This document shows positions 43,432 through 51,041 of a stretch of DNA of 64,000 nt, in pieces. The notes beneath the pieces are model-generated. The model saw only the letters and a list, made by a program, of their open reading frames with translations. It had not been told where the DNA came from and did no database searches. Position 1 is the stretch's first letter; every line of letters begins with the position of its first letter. The position numbers were made by a program, and so were the translations under genes. Location: the NCBI GenBank assembly GCA_002869165.1, contig PKTK01000001.1:93006-157005 (forward strand), written 5' to 3'. Source of the stretch: Candidatus Parcubacteria bacterium. GTDB taxonomy: Bacteria > Patescibacteriota > Patescibacteriia > Patescibacteriales > UBA12075.

Positions 43432-43776
43432 ATGCAAAAATACAAACAAGCAGCACTAAGCATTGCCTTTTTAACAGTATTTTTATCAGGTGGTTCAAGT
43501 GTTGGATTTGTTAGAGCAATGGAAAATCAAGGAAATAACAAGGTTGAGGTGGAAGAAAGAATTCTAGAGTCTTTCGAAGATGGGGACTATGATACCTGGA
43601 AAAAAATAGTTGCTAAAAAGGGCAAAGCTTACGGGATTGTATCAAAAGAGGACTTTTTTAAATTTATTGATGCCAGAAAGGCTGCCCGAAATGGCAACTA
43701 TGATTTAGCTATTGAAATTGCCAATTCCGTAGAAGAAAATTTAAAAGAGAAATTTTTTGAACAATACGAAGTATAG
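43432..43776 (+). CDS. Small secreted helical protein, paralogous to the core of 11247..11711
   Basis: Signal peptide (LSIAFLTVFLSGGSSVGFVRA/ME). EDGDYDTWKKIV...KEDFFKFIDARKAARNGNYDLA parallels ETENYASWSEQM...ADNFAKFAKAHELGKAGHTEEA. Confidence 0.55.
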   Translation: MQKYKQAALSIAFLTVFLSGGSSVGFVRAMENQGNNKVEVEERILESFEDGDYDTWKKIVAKKGKAYGIVSKEDFFKFIDARKAARNGNYDLAIEIANSVEENLKEKFFEQYEV

Positions 43777-43848
43777 AGAATACAAAAAACAACTTGATAA
43801 ATTAATCAGGTTGTTTTTTGTATTTTTTATGCCTTCAAAGCCTACATT

Positions 43849-43924
43849 TGTCATTCTGAACGGAGTGAAGTATCTCGAGTTTTTTTACAATATACGAGAT
43901 CCTTCGCTTTCGCTCAGAATGACA
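43849..43924. repeat. 76-bp hairpin (REP/MITE-like) element
   Basis: tgtcattctgaacggagtgaagtatctcg ... cgagatccttcgctttcgctcagaatgaca. Imperfect ~29-bp inverted arms around a 17-nt AT loop. GC-rich island in AT-rich spacer. Confidence 0.7.
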
Positions 43925-44044
43925 ATAGGCGAATTAATGTCTTCAAAGGCAGCACCAGAAAGCATATGCTTAGTAATTTTCGTAAAAAGTATAATATTGG
44001 AACCTCTTTCAAAATAAACCGTAGGGGAGTAACTTATTTTTAAA

Positions 44045-44082
44045 CAAAATAAATAAAGCCATTCTAGAATTTAGAATGGCTT
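44045..44082 (-). terminator. Rho-independent terminator of the minus-strand gene 44090..44635
   Basis: aagccattcta / tagaatggctt 11-bp stem. The A-rich plus-strand flank on the left gives a U-tail on the minus transcript. Confidence 0.65.
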
Positions 44083-44089
44083 CTATGTT

Positions 44090-44635
44090 TTATTTATTTT
44101 TTTGCTTATCAAGAGGGCTGGCTATCAGTAACTCTTTAATTTTTTTATCAATGCACATTGTAAATTCTTCAGCACTAAGATCTGTTTCTATATCATAAAA
44201 GAATTTTAGCATATCTTCATTAGAGTTAAATTTTTTTAGACTAATTTTAGGATATTTTTTTGAAGCATCTTGAATACCTTTTATGAAATTTATTAAGGCA
44301 ATCTCTATATTTTCTTTTTGTTTTTTAAGCACTTCTCTTGTAGTAGTTACATGGAACAATAGACTTTCTTTTTTTGTTATTCTGTATTTTAAATCATTTT
44401 CAACTTGATTACGGGTGTATGTTTTGCCGTTTATGGTAAAAGTTTGTGCCTTGGGACTGTTAATTAGTAGTTTTTTAGCATTAGAAATAATACTTTCTTC
44501 TTCTTTAAGACAAGTTTGCTCGTCAATTAATTTAGATTGAAGACTATTTATAGTACTAAAGATATAGAAAAATTTTATGAAATATTTTTTTGTTTCTAGA
44601 AAAAAATAATCTTCATCTTTTCCAGGATAAGGCAT
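44090..44635 (-). CDS. Hypothetical protein (predicted helical/coiled coil)
   Basis: 181-aa ORF with its own terminator; no recognisable family. Confidence 0.5.
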   Translation of the reverse strand: MPYPGKDEDYFFLETKKYFIKFFYIFSTINSLQSKLIDEQTCLKEEESIISNAKKLLINSPKAQTFTINGKTYTRNQVENDLKYRITKKESLLFHVTTTREVLKKQKENIEIALINFIKGIQDASKKYPKISLKKFNSNEDMLKFFYDIETDLSAEEFTMCIDKKIKELLIASPLDKQKNK

Positions 44636-44918
44636 TGACGGATCTATTTCTTCTTTATTTTGTTATTTATTTAGTTGTCAACGATCAATTAATGTATTAC
44701 TTTAATATAAATTCAATATTGTGTCAAGGATTATTGTTGTCATTTTTGACTAAAAATAGGGAATTTTATTTTATAGTAAAGTCATTTAATATTATTTTAA
44801 TATTAGGTATTTTTGAATAATAAAAAGTTTTGTTATAATTTCTATTTTTTTGATGAATTATTCGTGATATAATGGAAATGAAAAAAATTGAAATTTTATA
44901 TTGCAATAAAAATAAGCC

Positions 44919-44952
44919 AGTGTACATTAAAATGTACATTTTAATGTACACT
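44919..44952. promoter_or_regulatory. Perfect 34-bp palindrome with three TGTACA cores (putative operator)
   Basis: agtgtacattaaaatgtacattttaatgtacact equals its own reverse complement. It ends 9 nt before the AbrB-like start codon. Confidence 0.65.
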
Positions 44953-44961
44953 AAAAAAATT

Positions 44962-45132
44962 ATGAGAAAAAAGTTAAAAGACAAAAATATCAGAAAGCTT
45001 TATAAACATAGCGCAAGTTATGCTATAACTTTACCAAAAGAAATAGTTGATGAACTTGATTGGCGCAAGGGGCAGAAGTTAGTGGTAAAGAAAAGAGAAA
45101 AAGGAATTTATATTGGTGATTGGGAGAAGTAG
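44962..45132 (+). CDS. AbrB/MazE/SpoVT-family DNA-binding mini-protein (56 aa)
   Basis: MRKKLKDKNIRKLYKHSASYAITLPKEIVDELDWRKGQKLVVKKREKGIYIGDWEK, paralog of 15724..15888. The track ORF from 44872 over-extends through the palindrome. Confidence 0.7.
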   Translation: MRKKLKDKNIRKLYKHSASYAITLPKEIVDELDWRKGQKLVVKKREKGIYIGDWEK

Positions 45133-45206
45133 AACCCATATACTAATTACGAATATATTGTGAGATTTTTTATGAAAATATTTTTTTATTATTTCTATTA
45201 TTATTT

Positions 45207-46529
45207 ATGTATATACAAATGAAAGATCTATTTTTAAAATCAAGGAGGATTTTTCAGGTAAGTTTGTTGTTTCTGTTTGTTTTGAGTCTGACAGCTTGTG
45301 ATTCAGATAGCCCGTTTTGTCTTATTCCATTCTTGTGTGCTGATGCGGAAGTCAGACACGCAGTAGATACGGCTGACCCAGGGGAGTGCGAGAAACTTTC
45401 CAATCCTGATGACCCGAATAAAGAATTGAGCAGGAAAAATCAATGTTTTCAAAAAGTAGCTGAGAAATTAAATGACCCAACAGTTTGTAAAATGATCGTT
45501 GGGGATAATGTTCGTTGGAATAATTGTTTCAAATCAGTGGCCGAAGGAAACCAGGATGAAACATTGTGCGGAGAAATAAATGATAATGATAGCTTGATGC
45601 AAAATTGCTATACAGATGTAGCTATATCTAAAGGGGATGCTGATTTGTGTGTAAAAGGTGTTACGACTGTAAACAAAAACAAATGTTACAAAGAGGTTGC
45701 GGTAAAGAATAAAGATGAGGGCATTTGTAATAGTATCGAGAATGACTCTATAAAAAATAATTGCATTAGATATGTGGCAATTGAAAAAGAAGATGTGAAA
45801 GTTTGTGAAAAGATAGCTGATAATCCGAGGACTCAAGCAATGTGCATCAATGAAGTTGCTATACATAAAAATGACCCAGAGCTGTGCAAACAGCAAATTG
45901 AAGAAGACTGGGCCAACGATTGTTATTATTTTATTGCCACTGAATCAGAAAATAGTGATATTTGTTCAAGAATTAATGACGAGGATGATGAAAATGATTG
46001 CTATCGCGAGATTGCAAATAAAAAATCAGATCCGGAAATATGTAATTTTATCATTAATGAAAATGATAGAACTGCCTGTTATAGTAAAATTGGTATTAAT
46101 ACAGCCGACCTATCAGTATGTGATCGAATAATAGGAGATAATAGTTTAGCAAGACTCACAAGAAGTGATTGTTATATTGGAGTTATAGAAAAAACAGGTG
46201 AAGGAGAGATGTGTATGAGCATGAATGTAACAGATTTAGATAAACAGACTTGCCTGGTCAAGGCATCGCTAAGATCCAGTGATTCAGGATTTTGTTCCAA
46301 CTTAGAATCAAATGAAGATAAATACACTTGCGCTTTTAATGTAGCATACAAAACACAAGAAGCCAGGCATTGCGGATTGGTGTTTCCAGGCAACCAAGGC
46401 ACCCGGGAAAGATGTATCCATAATATTGCTGTAAAGTTTAAGGATCCAATAGTTTGCGAAACAGTTACCGATTTAAATGATAGAGCGATTTGTTTAGAGT
46501 CACTTAAATATAATCAAGAGCAAAAATAA
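45207..46529 (+). CDS. Lipoprotein built from ~26-27-aa two-cysteine repeats (about 13 units)
   Basis: Lipobox VLSLTAC. Repeats such as DPTVCKMIVGDNVRWNNCFKSVAEGNQ / DETLCGEINDNDSLMQNCYTDVAISKG / DADLCVKGVTTVNKNKCYKEVAVKNK. Paralog of 3612..4541. Confidence 0.7.
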   Translation: MYIQMKDLFLKSRRIFQVSLLFLFVLSLTACDSDSPFCLIPFLCADAEVRHAVDTADPGECEKLSNPDDPNKELSRKNQCFQKVAEKLNDPTVCKMIVGDNVRWNNCFKSVAEGNQDETLCGEINDNDSLMQNCYTDVAISKGDADLCVKGVTTVNKNKCYKEVAVKNKDEGICNSIENDSIKNNCIRYVAIEKEDVKVCEKIADNPRTQAMCINEVAIHKNDPELCKQQIEEDWANDCYYFIATESENSDICSRINDEDDENDCYREIANKKSDPEICNFIINENDRTACYSKIGINTADLSVCDRIIGDNSLARLTRSDCYIGVIEKTGEGEMCMSMNVTDLDKQTCLVKASLRSSDSGFCSNLESNEDKYTCAFNVAYKTQEARHCGLVFPGNQGTRERCIHNIAVKFKDPIVCETVTDLNDRAICLESLKYNQEQK

Positions 46530-46547
46530 AAGCTTTAAATAAAAAAA

Positions 46548-46575
46548 GACCGGACTAGTTTTTTCTAGTCCGGTT
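46548..46575. terminator. Bidirectional terminator between convergent genes
   Basis: gaccggactag / ctagtccggtt stem with a T6 loop and A/T flanks. Confidence 0.7.
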
Positions 46576-46583
46576 TTGATTTT

Positions 46584-47063
46584 TTACATGATGGCAGTAA
46601 TTTCGTACTCCATCATTCTCCCTTGAAATGGCAACTCAACTATCTCTCCGATTTTTTGATGTAGAGTTTTAATTGCAACAGGAGCGTTCGGCATGGCTTT
46701 GATAACCTCGCCTTTGACGTAGGATTTGTCTACGATAACAATATTCTTGATCTCTCCTGTCTCAAGATTTTCAACTGTTATCATGGATCCCACCTCAACG
46801 GTAGCTTTGGAAGATTGACCGCTAATAGTGTTGCAGGGTGAGAAATTTCCAATAACCTTTGCTCTGTTAGCAATACTGCTGAGATTGGAAATTTCTTGCA
46901 TTTTACCACTAATGGAGATATTAAGCTGAGCTTTTTCAGCATCCTCGTAAGTCTCTCTGCGTTGTTCGCATAATTCATTTTTGACTTTTGTTTTTGCTTC
47001 AATCAATTCCATTAAAAAGTCATAATCTTCCTGTAGCATTACAATCCGTTTTGAAATGTGCAT
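46584..47063 (-). CDS. Divergent GreA/GreB-family (Gre-like) protein
   Basis: N-terminal coiled coil plus C-terminal FKBP-like domain (VEVGSMITVENLETGEIKNIVIV...PNAPVAIKTLHQKIGEIVE). Much weaker match than greA at 57164..57661. Confidence 0.5.
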   Translation of the reverse strand: MHISKRIVMLQEDYDFLMELIEAKTKVKNELCEQRRETYEDAEKAQLNISISGKMQEISNLSSIANRAKVIGNFSPCNTISGQSSKATVEVGSMITVENLETGEIKNIVIVDKSYVKGEVIKAMPNAPVAIKTLHQKIGEIVELPFQGRMMEYEITAIM

Positions 47064-47254
47064 TTTTCCCCCTTACTTTTGAGCTTTTTGTTTTTTAAAA
47101 CAACAAATATAAACATATTTAATCATATTTAATATAACTTGTCAAGTTACTTCGGCTGTATAATATTAACGGTGCTGCAAAGTTAATTTGAGCCTATAAA
47201 TTATTGGCTCAAATAGACTTTCTCAACTAAAAATGTTTTAAAAATAAAAATCAT

Positions 47255-47480
47255 TGTCATTCCCGGCCGAAGCCTTGCAAGCGAAGCGAGCAAATGGCAA
47301 AGGGGAAGGGAATCTAGGGGCAAGAACTAGGAATAAAAAATACTAATATAAAACAATTTTTATCTCTTAATTACTTTTTGTCCTTTATTGATATTTTTAC
47401 TGCTTTCCCCTAGATTCCCTTCCCCTTCGCTTCGCTCCGGCCGGGAATGACAGAAATGTCACACTAAATGTTATAGAGCC
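47255..47480. repeat. Long inverted-repeat (MITE/REP-like) element, same family as 11925..12123
   Basis: Left arm 47255-47320 tgtcattcccggccgaag...aggggaagggaatctagggg. Right arm 47407-47452 cccctagattcccttcccc ttcgcttcgc tccggccgggaatgaca. Flanking module gtcacactaaatgttatagagcc. Confidence 0.7.
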
Positions 47481-47540
47481 GTTATTTTTATGTTTTATTA
47501 ACGTATGATATAATATAGATATAATAAATAATAAAAAAAT

Positions 47541-48545
47541 ATGAATTTTTTAGAAAAATACAATCTAAATTACAAAAAGATCGCTGCTTTTTTTGGTCTT
47601 TTTATTTTGTTTGTTATAGCAATCATGTTTGTGTCATTTTTAAATCAAACAGTAACAGGAATTACCTCTTCTCGAGATAGTTTGTCTTTGAATAAGAGTT
47701 ATGGCTCTGGTGCTTATGAATCATCACCTATGTATGATATGGCTAGCGGAATTGATTATGATGATGGCATGATGATAGAAGAGTCATATACACCAGGCAA
47801 TACTGCCGAGGACTATGAAGTAACTGAGTATGATACTAGGATTGAAACTCGAAATTTAGATGAGGATTGTGATAAATTTATTTATCAAAAAGATAGAGAT
47901 GATGTGATCTTTGAAAGTTCTAGTAAGGGGGAGAATAATTGCAGTTTTCGCTTTAAGGTTGAGAAGGATTCTGCTGATGAGATAGTTGGTTTGATCAACT
48001 CACTTGACCCCAAGGACTTAAACAAAAATATTTATACTATCAAAAAACAGATAGAAAACTATATCTCAGAAGAGGATATTCTTTTGAAAAAGCTAACAGT
48101 GATTGACGAAACTCTTAGTCAAGCAGAGAATTCATATAGAGAATTAGCTGAGTTAGCTACTGATGCTAGAGATGCTAGCAGTTTGGCTAGTATAATAGAG
48201 GGAAAAATTAGAATTATTGAGAGATTGTCTCAGGAGAAGATTTCTATAAGCTCTAGACTAGATAGAATTGCCAAATCAAAAGCAGAGGCTATGGATAGGC
48301 TTGAATATGTAAACTTTTCTGTTTATATTTATGAAAACAAATACATAGACACTGATTCCCTAAAAGATTCATGGAAGTCATATATCAGAAGCACAATTAG
48401 TGATTTCAATGAAATAGTACAAAATGGCAGTATCGGACTTATGAAATTTGTTGCTCTGGTAATTAGCTATATGTTGTATTTTGTATTACTTTTGTTTGTA
48501 GCCAAATTAGACTGGTTGATCGTTAAAAAGGTTTGGCAGAAATAG
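47541..48545 (+). CDS. DUF4349-like membrane-anchored protein
   Basis: N-terminal TM, variable linker, alpha/beta region, coiled coil and C-terminal TM helices (FVALVISYMLYFVLLLFVA). The architecture recalls DUF4349; from memory only. Confidence 0.45.
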   Translation: MNFLEKYNLNYKKIAAFFGLFILFVIAIMFVSFLNQTVTGITSSRDSLSLNKSYGSGAYESSPMYDMASGIDYDDGMMIEESYTPGNTAEDYEVTEYDTRIETRNLDEDCDKFIYQKDRDDVIFESSSKGENNCSFRFKVEKDSADEIVGLINSLDPKDLNKNIYTIKKQIENYISEEDILLKKLTVIDETLSQAENSYRELAELATDARDASSLASIIEGKIRIIERLSQEKISISSRLDRIAKSKAEAMDRLEYVNFSVYIYENKYIDTDSLKDSWKSYIRSTISDFNEIVQNGSIGLMKFVALVISYMLYFVLLLFVAKLDWLIVKKVWQK

Positions 48546-48657
48546 TTTTTTGGTAGATGTTGAAGATTGATATTAAGGATGAAATAGACTATAACTTCAA
48601 GGAAAAATACTGGACAGACCAACTATTATGTTATTAAAAAGATATAAATAAGACTAT

Positions 48658-48691
48658 GCGCACATTGAAAGATGTGCGCTTTTTGTTTTTT
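48658..48691 (+). terminator. Rho-independent terminator
   Basis: gcgcacat / atgtgcgc GC-rich 8-bp stem, 6-nt loop, tttttgtttttt tail. Confidence 0.7.
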
Positions 48692-48816
48692 AAAATTTTA
48701 CACAAACAAGTCAAAATAACTTTAATATAAAATGCAAAACAGATATTAGCATGTAATGAAAAAAATAAAAAATTAAAATTTTGCTAATTTTAGATAAATA
48801 TTTACTAAAAAAATAT

Positions 48817-48845
48817 TTGACTAGTCTGTATTTTTATTGTAAGAT
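48817..48845 (+). promoter_or_regulatory. Putative promoter of the prkA cluster
   Basis: TTGACT (48817-48822), 17-nt spacer, TAAGAT (48840-48845). Confidence 0.45.
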
Positions 48846-48914
48846 TTGGTCATTATTTGTGGTTCATTGACAATTTATTAAACAAGAAGCAATAAAACAA
48901 ACTAGGAGGAAGAA

Positions 48915-50993
48915 ATGTCTTTGAAATCTTATGTAACAATAGATGAGTACATGAAGGCAATCCAAAGAGGAGAAAGAAAATTTCAAAATGTTTTTCAAAT
49001 TTTGGCTGACATGATTTTGTCTTATGAAATAAAAAAGGTTCAGGTTAATGGTAAGAGTTTGAATGATTACCAAATTTTTCGCCAAGGACCCAAGCATGTG
49101 GTTGGAGTATTTGAAGAGCTTAATAGCTTGGTGAGTTATATAATCGATGCTTCTCGAGGTGGATCACCAGCTGAAATGGCTTTTGTTTTGGTTGGTGAGC
49201 CAGGAAATGGCAAAACATTTTTGATTGAGTATCTGTGCGATCTGTATAGAAACCATTTACGTAAAATAGAAAATCAAAAATATACTTTTAGCTTTACTGG
49301 CTTGAAATCAATTGGCGGCTTTGGAGGAATCGAAACAATTCAATCGCAAACTTTTGAAGATCCTATGATCTTGATGCTAAATTTATTAGGACCTTCAGCT
49401 CGTGGTGACATGGGTCTTGAGTACATTGGAAAAACTTATGATTTTAGTGATGAACAGTTGACTAAAATTCAGATGAATTACCGAGCATTAGGTGCTTGCA
49501 GTGAGTATATTTTACAAAAACTACGAGAAGTCTATGATGGCGAACTGGCCAAAGTTTTAGATCATATAAGAATTATGCCTGTACCTGTTCTTGAAAGCAC
49601 AGGCGTGCTTACAGGAAAATATCCAGCCAAGGATAAAATAACATCATCGGCAACTGATTTACTCGGAGAGGAATCAATACAGAGACTTTTGCATATTTCT
49701 GATACAGCCAATCCATATTTGTATGATCTGCGAAAAGGTGCTTTAGCAAGAGTAGCTGGTGGAGGGATTCATTTTTCTGATGAAATCTTCAAAAACAAGA
49801 AAGATCTCGTACAGGTTTATCTTGGTGTTATTCAGAATCGTTGCATAGAGCTTGATGGTTATAAATGGCCAATGGATACATTTATTATAGCTACTAGCAA
49901 CAACTCAGAGTTCAATAGATTTTTGTCAGAAAAAGAAGAAGCGCCAATCATTGATCGATGTCGAATAGTTTATGTTGGTCATAATACCAACTACAAATTA
50001 CAAAAAGAATTGACAACTTACGCAATTGGCAGAGAATCAAAAATTGCAATCTCGGGTGATTATTTACACGAAGACCCAAACTTGAATTATGCGGCTTCTA
50101 TGATGGTGGTTTATTCGCGTTTACCTAAACATGGAAAATTGCGTCCCGAGGAAATGTTGAAATTGGCAGCTGGTGAAGTAGCTGGCGAAAAAAGTGTAAA
50201 GATTTTGGCTGAAGTTATCAATGATCTACAAAAGAATACTGACATAACCATGCGTTTTGGACAAAAGGGCATTGGTCAGAGAAATCTGGGACGGGCAATA
50301 CAGCTCTTACTTGAAAGAGATGAAACCCAGACCGGTAAATGTATGTCTGCTTTAGTCTTTTTTGAAGTTATAGAATCGATTGTAATTGATTATGTTATTG
50401 AAAGCAGTGACAGAGCAAAATATTTGACAGACATAGCAAGAGCTAGATCAGCTTACAGGGATAGAGTAATGAGAGATCTCTTTAATGCTTACATGGACGA
50501 TCCAAGTGCTATTAGAGTAAATGTCTTAGCTTATATAAATATGATCATCGGAATTGTAGCGGACTCGGTAGGTCCTGACAATATGTGGAAATATAAGGAT
50601 CCTTATACGAGTGAGATAACATCTTTGAAAATTGATGAAAAATACATCGACAGTGTCGAGAATAATCTTGGTCTTGGCAATAGTCAGGACAAAAAAGAAA
50701 AGTTTCGTACAGAGATGAGGAAGATCTATGGTCAAAGAATTGGTATCAATCCCGAGTACGACTTCATGGACAATGAAGAGCTGGTTAAAGCTGTTTCTGA
50801 AGTAAGACTAAAATCTGATGTTGCAGGTTCAGGTAGTTTGGTTGGTGCGCTTGCCAATAGAACCCAGGAAGAAAATCAAGCACTTTATGATAGAGTACTG
50901 AAAACAATGAGAGAACAGCTTGGCTATTGTAAATCTTGCGCAGTAAAAACTATAGAATATTGCTGCAGTAAAGAAGAACAAGAAGGTCATTAA
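48915..50993 (+). CDS. prkA: PrkA/YeaG-family AAA+ serine protein kinase
   Basis: 692 aa with YeaG-like layout. Walker A LVGEPGNGKTFLIEYL ~90 aa from the N-terminus, then FEDPMILMLNLLGP. RBS aggagga. Assignment strengthened by the YeaH and SpoVR neighbours. Confidence 0.8.
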   Translation: MSLKSYVTIDEYMKAIQRGERKFQNVFQILADMILSYEIKKVQVNGKSLNDYQIFRQGPKHVVGVFEELNSLVSYIIDASRGGSPAEMAFVLVGEPGNGKTFLIEYLCDLYRNHLRKIENQKYTFSFTGLKSIGGFGGIETIQSQTFEDPMILMLNLLGPSARGDMGLEYIGKTYDFSDEQLTKIQMNYRALGACSEYILQKLREVYDGELAKVLDHIRIMPVPVLESTGVLTGKYPAKDKITSSATDLLGEESIQRLLHISDTANPYLYDLRKGALARVAGGGIHFSDEIFKNKKDLVQVYLGVIQNRCIELDGYKWPMDTFIIATSNNSEFNRFLSEKEEAPIIDRCRIVYVGHNTNYKLQKELTTYAIGRESKIAISGDYLHEDPNLNYAASMMVVYSRLPKHGKLRPEEMLKLAAGEVAGEKSVKILAEVINDLQKNTDITMRFGQKGIGQRNLGRAIQLLLERDETQTGKCMSALVFFEVIESIVIDYVIESSDRAKYLTDIARARSAYRDRVMRDLFNAYMDDPSAIRVNVLAYINMIIGIVADSVGPDNMWKYKDPYTSEITSLKIDEKYIDSVENNLGLGNSQDKKEKFRTEMRKIYGQRIGINPEYDFMDNEELVKAVSEVRLKSDVAGSGSLVGALANRTQEENQALYDRVLKTMREQLGYCKSCAVKTIEYCCSKEEQEGH

Positions 50994-50999
50994 AAAAGC

Positions 51000-51031
51000 A
51001 GGGGCAATTTTTATTGCCCCTTTATTTTTTT
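51000..51031 (+). terminator. Hairpin + T-tract between prkA and the DUF444 gene (terminator/attenuator)
   Basis: aggggcaa / ttgcccct 8-bp stem, 6-nt loop, tttatttttttt tail, directly before the RBS ggagg of the next gene. Confidence 0.6.
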
Positions 51032-51041
51032 GGAGGTTTTT

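Noticed and set aside
43833-43948. 8-bp direct repeat cttcaaag as a target-site duplication proving transposition of the hairpin element.
   Set aside because: The repeats lie 8 and 16 nt away from the inverted arms rather than abutting them, and an 8-mer match in AT-rich DNA can be chance. It is kept only as a weak note.
43757-44017. 86-aa ORF in the supplied track.
   Set aside because: It is read through the 76-bp inverted-repeat element and an upstream terminator. It has no RBS and starts inside the end of the preceding gene. It is most likely a translation artefact of the repeat.
44919-44952. CRISPR-like or tandem repeat array (three TGTACA units).
   Set aside because: It is a single self-complementary 34-bp palindrome with no unique spacers, no further repeat units and no cas genes. 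It fits an operator.
44590-44984. Track ORFs 44590-44820 (+) and 44766-44984 (-) in the spacer between 44090-44635 and the AbrB-like gene.
   Set aside because: This is extremely AT-rich, low-complexity sequence (I/F/L/K/N-rich). The ORFs overlap each other, the promoter region and the palindrome, with no RBS. They are likely non-coding regulatory DNA.
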